Source: an uncultured Solirubrobacteraceae bacterium
GTDB taxonomy: Bacteria; Actinomycetota; Thermoleophilia; Solirubrobacterales; Solirubrobacteraceae
DNA: 64,000 nucleotides
Direction: 5' to 3'
NCBI GenBank assembly: GCA_964588985.1
Contig: CAZPQW010000010.1
Span: forward strand, 1-64,000
Part shown: positions 39,500 through 49,487 of the stretch, in pieces
How the letters are laid out: each line of letters begins with the position of its first letter
How positions within the stretch are numbered: position 1 is the first letter of the stretch
The notes under the pieces: model-generated
Seen by the model: only the letters and a program-made list of their open reading frames with translations
What the model was told of the DNA's origin: nothing
Database searches by the model: none
Translations under genes and position numbers: made by a program

Positions 39500-39551
39500 C
39501 CGCGGAACGCCGAATGGCTTGGCAAAGCCACCCTGAACCCTTCTCCCCGAT
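39497..39551 (+). repeat. Right end of array: degenerate arm and variant att core 5
   Basis: GACCGCGGAAC...AAAGCCA..GAACCCTTCTCCCCGAT aligns with 24084-24139 and 30308-30364. Confidence 0.75.
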
Positions 39552-39568
39552 CCGCAGACGGCATCGCG

Positions 39569-41059
<1,491 letters not shown>

Positions 41060-41118
41060 TCACAACTCCCCTTTTCCGTAGGTTCTGGCCTGCGGCGGGG
41101 GAGTATGAGGCACACCCG

Positions 41119-41137
41119 GGGGCTTGAATCAAGCCCC
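41119..41137. promoter_or_regulatory. RAE-like palindrome (rifamycin-associated element)
   Basis: GGGGCTTG-AAT-CAAGCCCC, 59 bp upstream of the monooxygenase start. Confidence 0.65.
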
Positions 41138-41206
41138 CATGTCGGGTATAAAGTGGGAAGTGGAGGAGGCGTGTGAGTGCCTCCTTGAGCACGGGGCGCT
41201 CTCACC

Positions 41207-42013
41207 TCACCGCAGCAACATCCCTCCGTCGGCAACCACCTGCGACCCGAGCAGGTAACTCGACAGGTCCGACGCGAGGAACAGCACCACGCGCCCCATC
41301 TCGTCCGGGTCGGCCATCCGATGCAGCGGGATTCGTTCCTGCATTTGCGTCAACAGGTCCTGATCATTAACCCCGCCGGTCCCAGGCGTGGCGACCGCGC
41401 CGGGAGCGAGCGCGTTGACGGTGATCCCGTGATCGGCCAGCTCGAGCGCGACGTTCTTCGTCAGACCCCACAGGCCGTGCTTGGTGGCGTCGTAGTGAGC
41501 GAGACCCACCGAGGAGGGGTGCAGGGCGTCGATCGAGGTGACGTTGACGATCTTGCCGCCGTGGCCCTGCGCGATCATCTGTCGCGCCGCCGCTTTCATC
41601 ATCAGGAACGCGCCCACTAGGTTCACGCGCAGGACCTTTTCGAACATCGCCTGGTCCATGTCGAGGAACGTGCAGAAGGGGTAGATGCCGGCGTTGTTGA
41701 CGAGGATGTCCAGGCCGCCGAAGTCCTCCACGGCGGCGGAGATCGCCGCGTCGACGTCCGCGGGCGTGCTCACGTCTGCGTGAACCGAGCGCGCGCTGTC
41801 GCTGCGGTCCGCGTTCAGCTCGGTGGCGAGCGCGCTCGCCTCGTCGCTGTCGAGGTCTGCGATCACGACCGAGGCGCCCGCCTCGTGCAGGCGCGTGGCG
41901 ATGCCGCGGCCAATGCCCATGGCGCCGCCGGTGACGATCGCGGTCCTGCCGGTGAGGTCGATCATCTCTGCGAGGGACTGCGTGGTGAATGCGGTTGGAG
42001 TGCTCATGGGCAC
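41207..42013 (-). CDS. SDR oxidoreductase
   Basis: TGGAMGIG, NNAG, YDATK. Confidence 0.93.
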   Translation of the reverse strand: MPMSTPTAFTTQSLAEMIDLTGRTAIVTGGAMGIGRGIATRLHEAGASVVIADLDSDEASALATELNADRSDSARSVHADVSTPADVDAAISAAVEDFGGLDILVNNAGIYPFCTFLDMDQAMFEKVLRVNLVGAFLMMKAAARQMIAQGHGGKIVNVTSIDALHPSSVGLAHYDATKHGLWGLTKNVALELADHGITVNALAPGAVATPGTGGVNDQDLLTQMQERIPLHRMADPDEMGRVVLFLASDLSSYLLGSQVVADGGMLLR

Positions 42014-42136
42014 ACACTCGCGCGAGCGATGCGTCCAGACAACGTTGCAAACCCGAGAGAGGCCGGTAGGAACTACTGAGCGTCGATGTGGCGCGGCGAC
42101 GATAGGCGCGGCGCGCGCGGCTAATACGTTTGATTC

Positions 42137-42895
42137 ATGAGCGCGCCGCTGTCCAGTGATATTGGGCGCCAGGGCGCCGGGATCACATCGGTGCTGCTCG
42201 TCGAGGACGAGCAGTCGATCGCCGAGCCCTTCGCGCAGGCGCTCATTCGCAACGGCTTTCAGCCGACGATCGCGCGCACCGCGGCCGAGGCGGTGCGGCT
42301 AGGGCGCGAGCAGCGTCCCGACATCGTGCTGCTCGATCTCACGCTCCCCGATGGGGACGGGCGCGACGTGTGCCGCGAGCTGCGTCGGGGCTCGAACGTC
42401 CCGATCATCATGCTCACCGCGCGCGGAACCGTCACCGATCGTGTCGTCGGCCTGGAGCTCGGCGCCGACGACTACATCGTCAAGCCGTTCGCCACTGGAG
42501 AGGTGATCTCGCGGATCCGTGCGGTGCTGCGACGCGCGCGCGTCCCGGCAGAGCCAGTCGAGGGCACGACCGAATCGGGCGAGCGCATCGTCGGTGACCT
42601 GCGGCTCGACCTGTCCGCGCGCCGCGCCTGGCTCGGCGAGCGCGAGCTCGACCTCACGCGCAAGGAGCACGACCTGCTCGCGCGCCTGATGCGCGACGCG
42701 GGACGCGTGGTGACGCGCGAGACGCTGATGTCGGAGGTGTGGGACGAGAACTGGTTCGGCTCGACGAAGACACTCGACGTGCACATCGCGGGCCTGCGTC
42801 GCAAGCTCGACGACGACCCCGCGGCGCCCAGCTACATCCACACCGTGCGAGGCGTCGGCTTCCGTTTCGCCGCGCCCGAGGAGGCGGAGCCGTAA
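42137..42895 (+). CDS. OmpR-family response regulator
   Basis: LVEDE, LDLTLP, GADDYIVKPF, IHTVRGVGF. Confidence 0.93.
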   Translation: MSAPLSSDIGRQGAGITSVLLVEDEQSIAEPFAQALIRNGFQPTIARTAAEAVRLGREQRPDIVLLDLTLPDGDGRDVCRELRRGSNVPIIMLTARGTVTDRVVGLELGADDYIVKPFATGEVISRIRAVLRRARVPAEPVEGTTESGERIVGDLRLDLSARRAWLGERELDLTRKEHDLLARLMRDAGRVVTRETLMSEVWDENWFGSTKTLDVHIAGLRRKLDDDPAAPSYIHTVRGVGFRFAAPEEAEP

Positions 42896-44280
42896 GCCTT
42901 CGAACCGGACTGCTCGCCGCGCTCGCCTACATCGTGCTGCTCGCGATCGTGGCGCTCGGCGTGCCGCTCGCGCTGAGCCTCGGCGCGCGTGTCAACAGCG
43001 AGGTGCGCTCGCAGGCGCAGGGCCAGGCCGATCTCGTCGCGGCGACCGCCGCCGACCTGCTCGCCCCCGCACGCCGCGGCGACCTGCAGAAGCTCGCGCG
43101 CTCCGCTGCATCCTCGGTGCGCGGGCGCGTGATCGTCGTCGACAGCGCCGGCAAGGCGCTCGCGGACAGCGCCGGGTCGGAACTGCTCGGCACGAGCTAC
43201 GCGGAACGCCCGGAGATCGCGAGCGCGCTGCACGGGCGCCAGCTGCAGATCCAGCGCTCGAGCCACACGCTCGGCGAGCAGATCCTCGCCACGGCAGTGC
43301 CGATCATCCACGGAGCGGCGACCGTCGGCGCGGTGCGCGTCACACAGAGCGTCGCCGCGGTGCACGCCGCGGTTCGTCGCTCGGTGCTCGGCATCGGCCT
43401 GATCGGACTCGTGGTGCTCGCGCTCGGTCTTGCCGCGGGCGCCTTTATCGCCGCACAGATCGCGCGTCCGCTCGGCCGTCTCGAGCGAGTCGCCCAGCGC
43501 GTCGCGGGCGGCGACCTCGACGCGCGCGCCACCGTCGAGGGCAGCCGCGAGCAGCGCTCGCTGGCGGAGTCCTTCAACGAGATGACCGACCGCGTGGCTC
43601 GACTGCTCGACGGCCAGCGCGCGTTCGTCGCCGACGCATCGCACCAGCTGCGCACGCCGCTCACCGGGCTGCGCCTGCGCCTGGAGGAGGCGCGCGCGAA
43701 CGGCGTGAGCGACGCCGCGGCAGCCGAGATCGACGCGGGAACCGGCGAGGTCGACCGGCTCGCGCGGATCGTCGACGAGCTGCTGGTCCTGAGCCGCGCC
43801 GGCGAGCGCGAGCAGCCCGGCGAAGCGATCGACTTGCGCGACATCGCCGACAGCGCGCTCGAGCGCTGGCACGCGAGTGCCGCCGAGCGCGGGATCGCGC
43901 TGGAGCTCGCCGGCCGGCCGGATACCGACAATCAAGCCTGGTGCGCGCGCGGCGATGTCGACGTCGCACTCGACGCGCTCGTGGAGAACGCGCTGCGCTA
44001 CTCGCCCACCGACACCGTCGTGACGATCTCGAGCGCGCCCGGGAGGATCGAGGTCCGCGATCAGGGCCCGGGGATCGCCGCCGACGAGCAGGACGCGATC
44101 TTCGAGCGCTTCCACCGCGGCACGGTCGGACGCCTCGGGCCATCCGGCACCGGGCTCGGCCTGAACATCGCCCGCGAGATCGCACGCGAGTGGGGTGGAG
44201 AGGTGACGCTCGAGAACCGCGACGGCGACGGCGGCGGAGCGATCGCGGCCCTGACCCTCCCGCTAGCGTGGACGCCATGA
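42892..44280 (+). CDS. HAMP sensor histidine kinase (start uncertain: GTA at 42892 or GTG at 42934)
   Basis: DASHQLRTP, ENALRY, DQGPG, GTGLGL; two TMs. Confidence 0.88.
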   Translation, partial: VSLRTGLLAALAYIVLLAIVALGVPLALSLGARVNSEVRSQAQGQADLVAATAADLLAPARRGDLQKLARSAASSVRGRVIVVDSAGKALADSAGSELLGTSYAERPEIASALHGRQLQIQRSSHTLGEQILATAVPIIHGAATVGAVRVTQSVAAVHAAVRRSVLGIGLIGLVVLALGLAAGAFIAAQIARPLGRLERVAQRVAGGDLDARATVEGSREQRSLAESFNEMTDRVARLLDGQRAFVADASHQLRTPLTGLRLRLEEARANGVSDAAAAEIDAGTGEVDRLARIVDELLVLSRAGEREQPGEAIDLRDIADSALERWHASAAERGIALELAGRPDTDNQAWCARGDVDVALDALVENALRYSPTDTVVTISSAPGRIEVRDQGPGIAADEQDAIFERFHRGTVGRLGPSGTGLGLNIAREIAREWGGEVTLENRDGDGGGAIAALTLPLAWTP

Positions 44281-44648
44281 CTCGCAAGCCGCTCATGTGG
44301 GTGCTCGCGGCGCTGCTCGGCATCGTGCTCACGGCCGGGATCACCTGGGCGAGCAGCCAGTTGACGAGCCAGCGCATCGGCCTCTCCTCCGAACCGATCT
44401 CCGCGGGAGTGCGGCTCGCTCCGTCTGTGAACACCACAACTCAAAGCGTCATCACGACCCAGCGCGTCGAAACACGGCCGAGCCACACGACCACCACCAC
44501 CACGCTCACCGTCACGACGCCTGCACCCGCGCCGGCCCCGCTCGAAACCGTCCCGCAGACATCCACCCCGACCACACGGACAGGTGAGGACGGCTCTCAG
44601 GGCCGCGGCACTGGCTCAAGCGGCAGCGCCCGCGGGCGCGACGACTGA
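44277..44648 (+). CDS. Small membrane-anchored Thr-rich protein
   Basis: ATGA overlap, N-terminal TM. Confidence 0.65.
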   Translation: MTRKPLMWVLAALLGIVLTAGITWASSQLTSQRIGLSSEPISAGVRLAPSVNTTTQSVITTQRVETRPSHTTTTTTLTVTTPAPAPAPLETVPQTSTPTTRTGEDGSQGRGTGSSGSARGRDD

Positions 44649-44736
44649 TCTTTGCCAAACCTTTGCCTGGCGCTGGTCGGCTGCTGGGTGGACGCGCGCC
44701 ACAGTGCTCTTGCAACCGATTGACAGGAGCCCGCAG

Positions 44737-45231
44737 ATGCGCACCACCAATACGAGGATCGCAGCAGCCATCACCGTGCTTGCGGCAGGTGGCCTCAGCG
44801 GGGCCGCGCTGCAGTCCGCGACGACCTCGCACACCAGCGCGAGCGCCGCGGCGACCCAGCCGGCGGTCGAGGTTCGCACGCAGGTCATCCGCCGCACGAT
44901 TCACGTCGTGCGCCACGAACGTCCCCCGCGGCCGCTGCGCCCGGGCCAGAGGGCAGGCGGGGCAGCCGGCGGGACCGGCTCAGCATCCGGCGCCGGCGGC
45001 ATCGCAACGGCGAGCGCCGCGCCGCGAACCGCATCGAGCGGCTCGCACGCCTCCAGCGCACCCGCGACCAGCGGCTACACGCCCGCGGCGGCCACCACAC
45101 CGGTGCGAACCCGCACCAGCGGCGCACCCGCCAGCAGCGGCTCGGGCGGCGGCACGACGCGTCAGGCGAGCGCGGTGCGCACACGCACGAGCGGCGGTGG
45201 CCACGAGGACGGTGGCAAGCATGACGACTGA
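44737..45231 (+). CDS. Exported low-complexity protein with RTRTSG repeats
   Basis: AGGAG RBS, signal peptide, PVRTRTSG and AVRTRTSG. Confidence 0.7.
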   Translation: MRTTNTRIAAAITVLAAGGLSGAALQSATTSHTSASAAATQPAVEVRTQVIRRTIHVVRHERPPRPLRPGQRAGGAAGGTGSASGAGGIATASAAPRTASSGSHASSAPATSGYTPAAATTPVRTRTSGAPASSGSGGGTTRQASAVRTRTSGGGHEDGGKHDD

Positions 45232-45577
45232 GCCCGCCCAGCGGCCCGACCGAAGTCGGCGACGCTCGCGTCTGAGCGAGCGCAGCGCGCTGCTCAACCC
45301 GCTGCCTGTGATCGGCACGGCGCTCGCGACGTTCCTCGCGATCTTCGCGGTGCTCGTCGGGCGCGTGGTGACCGGCACCGACCCCGCGGCGCACTGGGCG
45401 AACGTCGCCGCGGTGAGCTCCACCCGCAACGGCTCCGGCACGACCCTGCGCACGACCGCGAGCGGAGCGGTCATCCCGGTCGCCACCAATGCGGCCGCGG
45501 GCACGAGCTCCACCGGCGCGGCGGTTCCGATCTCGACCCGCACGAGCGGCGGCGGAGGGGTGACGCACGATGACTGA
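45221..45577 (+). CDS. Small membrane protein with TTASG/TRTSG motifs
   Basis: Single TM; overlaps both neighbours. Confidence 0.65.
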   Translation: MTTEPAQRPDRSRRRSRLSERSALLNPLPVIGTALATFLAIFAVLVGRVVTGTDPAAHWANVAAVSSTRNGSGTTLRTTASGAVIPVATNAAAGTSSTGAAVPISTRTSGGGGVTHDD

Positions 45578-45836
45578 TCGCCCCACGATCGCGCTGTTCT
45601 CGCTCACCGGCTTCCTGCTCGTGCTCGCCCTGCTGGGCTCGCAGCTCGGGGTCGGCCACTCCGCCTCCTCGCGCCCACGCGAGGTGCTGGTGCGCCGCGT
45701 CTACCAGACGACCGTCGTCGAACGGGTCCCGCGCTCGGTCGCGGCCGGCTCCTCGACAGGCTCCTCGACGGTGACGCAGTCCGTCTCCGGCTCCACCTCG
45801 ATCCCGGCGGCGGCGCCCGTCACGCGCACGTCATGA
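45570..45836 (+). CDS. Small membrane protein ending VTRTS
   Basis: Single TM; ATGA overlap with apbE. Confidence 0.7.
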   Translation: MTDRPTIALFSLTGFLLVLALLGSQLGVGHSASSRPREVLVRRVYQTTVVERVPRSVAAGSSTGSSTVTQSVSGSTSIPAAAPVTRTS

Positions 45837-46813
45837 GCGTCGAGCACGACACCACGTTTCACTCGATGGGCAGCGACATCCGCCTGCTGATCGGCTCGCC
45901 GCTGCTGCGTGAGGCGCTGTCCCCGGCGCTCGCCGCCGAGCGCGAGCGCGCCTACGTGGAGGACTTCGCGGCGCGCCTGTCGCGCTTTCGCGAGGACAGC
46001 GAGCTGACCGCGCTGAACCGCGACCCGCGGTCACGCGTGCCCGCATCGGCCTTGCTGCGCACCGCGGTGCGCGCGGGGATCTGGGCGGCGGGGAGGTCGG
46101 GCGGCCTCGTCGACCCGACGCTGGCGGGCGAGCTGGAGCGGATCGGCTATGCGCGCTCGCTCGACGGCTGCGAGCCGGTCCCGCTCAGCGAAGCCCTCGC
46201 GTCCGCTCCCACGCGCCGTCCGGCCAGGCCGCGCGCGGCGGCGCAGTGGAAGCAGATCGATATCGAAGAGGACTCGGGTCGCGTTGCGCGCCCGGCGGGC
46301 GTGATGTTCGACACCGGCGGGACCGGCAAGGGGCTGTGCGCGGACGCGGTCGCGCACCGTCTCGCGGGCTACACGCGCTTCGCGGTCGACTGCGGTGGCG
46401 ACCTCGCGGTCGGCGGCGTGGGCGCGCAGGTAGATCCGTATGAGATCGAGGTCGAGCACCCCCTGACGGGCGAGACGATCCGTACGCTGCGGATCGCGGC
46501 GGGCGGCATCGCGACCTCGGGGCTGAACGTGCGCGTGTGGCGGACCCCCGACGGCGGCTTCGCCCACCACCTGCTCGACCCCGCGACGGGCCTACCCGCG
46601 TGGACGGGCCTGGTGGGCGCGACCGCGCTCGGGTCGAGCGCCCTGGAAGCGGAGACGCTCTCGAAGATGGCGCTGCTGCTCGGCCCGATCGGCGCCCGCG
46701 GAGTGCTCGCCGAGTACGGCGGCGTGATCGTGCGCGACGACGGCGAGGTCGAGACGATCGGCGCGCTGAACGAGCCGCGCGGCTGGCTCACCGGACTCGG
46801 AAGGACCGCGTGA
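45833..46813 (+). CDS. apbE: FAD:protein FMN transferase
   Basis: SMGS, LSRF...SEL..LN, DPT, DTGGTGKG, GGD, ATSG, HHLLDPATG. Confidence 0.92.
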   Translation: MSVEHDTTFHSMGSDIRLLIGSPLLREALSPALAAERERAYVEDFAARLSRFREDSELTALNRDPRSRVPASALLRTAVRAGIWAAGRSGGLVDPTLAGELERIGYARSLDGCEPVPLSEALASAPTRRPARPRAAAQWKQIDIEEDSGRVARPAGVMFDTGGTGKGLCADAVAHRLAGYTRFAVDCGGDLAVGGVGAQVDPYEIEVEHPLTGETIRTLRIAAGGIATSGLNVRVWRTPDGGFAHHLLDPATGLPAWTGLVGATALGSSALEAETLSKMALLLGPIGARGVLAEYGGVIVRDDGEVETIGALNEPRGWLTGLGRTA

Positions 46814-47427
46814 TGGCAAGCGCCGGCCCAAGCGTCTACATCTGGTGGCTCGTCAGCCGCGCGTCGGGAATCCTCGCGCTCGGGCTGATGTCGCTGTCGG
46901 TGCTGATCGGCCTGACGATGGCGACGAAGATCCTGCGCCGTCCGGGCATGGGGCGCAAGCTGGTGCGTCTCCACGAGCACGTGGCGCTCGTCGGCCTGGT
47001 CGCGATCGCGGTCCACGGCCTGGCGCTGCTCGGCGACCCGTGGCTGCACCCGGGCGTCAAAGGCCTGACCGTCCCGTTCTCGATGTCCTACAGGCCGATC
47101 TTCACCGGCCTCGGGCTGATCGGGGGCTACCTCGCGGCGCTGCTCGGGCTGAGCTTCTACGCTCGCCGGCGGATCGGCGTGCGGCTGTGGCGCAAGCTCC
47201 ACCGCGCGACGGTGCTCGTGTGGGTGCTCGGCATCGTGCACTCGATCGGCGCGGGCAGCGACGCGAGCACCCTGTGGCTGCGTGCCTACATGTTGCTCAC
47301 GGGCGTGCCGATCATCTACCTGACCGTCCTGCGCATCCTGCAGAGCCGCAAGCCGAGCCCCCAGAGGGTGAGGGCGGCGCAGGGCGCAACAGCCCCCGTC
47401 CGTCAACTCACAGAGGAGCTCGCATGA
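46813..47427 (+). CDS. Ferric reductase-like TM cytochrome (MsrQ-like)
   Basis: SRASG, His pairs in TMs (LHEH, VHG, WRKLH, VHS). Confidence 0.85.
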   Translation: MASAGPSVYIWWLVSRASGILALGLMSLSVLIGLTMATKILRRPGMGRKLVRLHEHVALVGLVAIAVHGLALLGDPWLHPGVKGLTVPFSMSYRPIFTGLGLIGGYLAALLGLSFYARRRIGVRLWRKLHRATVLVWVLGIVHSIGAGSDASTLWLRAYMLLTGVPIIYLTVLRILQSRKPSPQRVRAAQGATAPVRQLTEELA

Positions 47428-48602
47428 CGCGCGCCGAGGTCGATGCAGACGTCCTGATCGCGGGCGGCGGGCTGGCCGCGCAGCGCTGCTGCGAGACGCT
47501 GCGGCGCGGCGGCTTCGACGGGCGGATCGTGGTGTTGTGCGACGAGCCGCGCTCGCCGTATGACCGCCCGGCGCTCTCCAAGGCGGTGCTGATGGGCGAG
47601 CGCGAGGTGAGCACGCTGGCCTACCGGGAGCCCCACTGGTATGAGGAGCACGAGATCGAGCTGCTGCTCGGCACGGCCGCCCGCGAGCTGGACGCCACGG
47701 CGCACGTCGTCGAGCTGAAGGACGGCTCGCGCGTGCGCTACGGCCGGCTGCTGATCGCCACCGGCAGTCGCCCGCGTCCGCTGCCGATGTTCGGCGTGAG
47801 CGAGCGCGTGCACGAGCTGCGCACCGCGGCGGATGCGCAGGCGCTGCGCGGCAAGCTCGCGAGCGGATCGGGCGAGCTCACGGTGGTCGGCGCCGGCCTG
47901 GTCGGACTCGAGGTCGCATCGGCTGCAAAGACGCTCGGGCTGAACGTGACCGTGATCGAGGCGGCTCCCACGCCGCTGGCGCGCGCGTTGCCGCCGGCGC
48001 TCGGCCTGTGGATCGCGGGGCTGCATCGCGAGCGCGGCGTGGACGTGCGGCTCGCGACCGCTGTGGAGGGCGTCGAGCACGGCTCTCAGGAGGTGCGGAT
48101 GAAACTGAGCGATGGCAGTCAGGTGAGTGCTGAGACCGTGCTGCTGGCCGTCGGCACGGTCCCCGCGACGGAGTGGCTCGCGAGCAGCGGGCTGGGGCCG
48201 GGTGCGATCCACGTGGACGCGGGCGGGCGCACGGACCGGCCGGACGTGTACGCCGCCGGGGACGCCGCCTGCTATCCGGGTCCGCACCCGGAGCAGCGGA
48301 TCCCCACCCAGCATTGGGAGGCGGCCGCACGCCAGGGCCAGACCGTGGCGCGGTCGCTGCTCGGGCAGGAGCCGTTGCCCTCGCCGGCGTCGATGTTCTG
48401 GAGCGACCAGCACGGACGGCGCATCCAGCTCGTCGGACACGCGCCCGACGGCTGCGAGGTCGAGTTCGACGGCGACCCCGCCGATACCGACTTCATCGCC
48501 TGGCTGACGCACACCGAGCTTCCGCCCGCGGCGATGCTCGTCAACCGCCCCGATGCGCTCCCGCAGGCGCGGGCGCGGATCGCCGCGTCCAATCCCGACT
48601 GA
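47424..48602 (+). CDS. NAD(P)/FAD-dependent ferredoxin reductase
   Basis: YDRPALSK, ATGS, GAGLVGLE, YAAGD, FWSDQ. Confidence 0.92.
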   Translation: MTRAEVDADVLIAGGGLAAQRCCETLRRGGFDGRIVVLCDEPRSPYDRPALSKAVLMGEREVSTLAYREPHWYEEHEIELLLGTAARELDATAHVVELKDGSRVRYGRLLIATGSRPRPLPMFGVSERVHELRTAADAQALRGKLASGSGELTVVGAGLVGLEVASAAKTLGLNVTVIEAAPTPLARALPPALGLWIAGLHRERGVDVRLATAVEGVEHGSQEVRMKLSDGSQVSAETVLLAVGTVPATEWLASSGLGPGAIHVDAGGRTDRPDVYAAGDAACYPGPHPEQRIPTQHWEAAARQGQTVARSLLGQEPLPSPASMFWSDQHGRRIQLVGHAPDGCEVEFDGDPADTDFIAWLTHTELPPAAMLVNRPDALPQARARIAASNPD

Positions 48603-48628
48603 CCCCAACGAACAACAAGGAGATCGAA

Positions 48629-48835
48629 ATGGCCTACGTACCCGTGATCGACGAGTCGGCGTGCCTCGCGCACGGCGACTGCGAGGAGATGGCGCCCGAG
48701 GTGTTCCACGTGGAGGACTTCGCGACGGTGATCGGCACCGCGCCGGACGAGAAGCTGCTCGAGGTCGCGCGCGCGTGTCCGGCGAGCGCGATCGTGCTCG
48801 TGGACAAGGAGAGCGGGCAGCAGGTCTACCCGTGA
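48629..48835 (+). CDS. Ferredoxin (CxxHxxC...CP type)
   Basis: CLAHGDC...ACPASAI; AAGGAG RBS. Confidence 0.9.
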   Translation: MAYVPVIDESACLAHGDCEEMAPEVFHVEDFATVIGTAPDEKLLEVARACPASAIVLVDKESGQQVYP

Positions 48836-48955
48836 GCGTCCGACTGCACCCACCGGGCTGCGGATAACTACGGGGAGACCCCCGATTTTGCCGCTGCACA
48901 GCCACGGCCTCGCCCCGATGGCCGCGCCCCAGAGCTGCGCGATGGTGCAGCCACG

Positions 48956-49453
48956 ATGTCCATCGCTCCAACCAAGACCACACTGCGCCAGGCGGCCGAG
49001 GAGTTCCTCGACCAGCCGCGGATCGCGGTGGCGGGGGTCTCGCGCGACCCGAAGCAGCCCGCGAACCTGATCTACCGCCGGCTGCGCGACGCCCATCACG
49101 AGGTGTTCGCGGTCAACCCAAACGCCGAGGAGGTCGAGGGCGACCGCTCCTACGCGACGGTCGCCGAGATCGCGGGAGGCGTCGACGGCGTGGTTGTCGT
49201 CACGACCCCCGAGGCGGCCGACGGCGTGATGGTCGACTGCGTGAACGCCGGTGTGCCGCGCGTGTGGCTGCACCGCGGCATCGGCCCGGGATCGATCTCG
49301 CAGAGCGCGATCGAGTACGGCCGCGAGCATGGGGTGAGCGTGATCGCGGGCGGCTGCCCGAACATGTTCGGCGCGACCTCCGACCCCGGCCACAGGTGCA
49401 TGCTCGCGATGCTCAGGCTGACCGGGAAGGTTCCGAGCAACGTCCCAGGCTGA
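48956..49453 (+). CDS. CoA-binding protein
   Basis: IAVAGVSR, VNPN, VW.H...G, GGCP. Confidence 0.88.
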   Translation: MSIAPTKTTLRQAAEEFLDQPRIAVAGVSRDPKQPANLIYRRLRDAHHEVFAVNPNAEEVEGDRSYATVAEIAGGVDGVVVVTTPEAADGVMVDCVNAGVPRVWLHRGIGPGSISQSAIEYGREHGVSVIAGGCPNMFGATSDPGHRCMLAMLRLTGKVPSNVPG

Positions 49454-49487
49454 GCCCCTCACCGCGCGGTTCGCCATCATCGACCGC

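Larger units (their letters stand above)
20544..39551. mobile_element. Tandem array of four integrated units at tRNA-Pro (defence island, no integrase seen)
   Basis: Five copies of the tRNA-Pro 3' end, arm-like boxes, visibly lower GC, defence/TA/mobilisation cargo. Confidence 0.85.

Noticed and set aside
20544-39551. Repeats as a CRISPR array or classical integron attC sites
   Set aside because: Spacing is kilobases, the core equals the tRNA 3' end, the sites are not attC-like palindromes, and no cas or intI gene is visible.
41173-41370. 65-aa ORF behind the strong RBS
   Set aside because: Mostly antisense to the SDR gene with no recognisable protein pattern; treated as a remnant start only.
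44277-45577. Three consecutive proteins ending in DD as a sorting signal
   Set aside because: Two of the three endings can be explained by overlap with the next gene's ATG; insufficient evidence.
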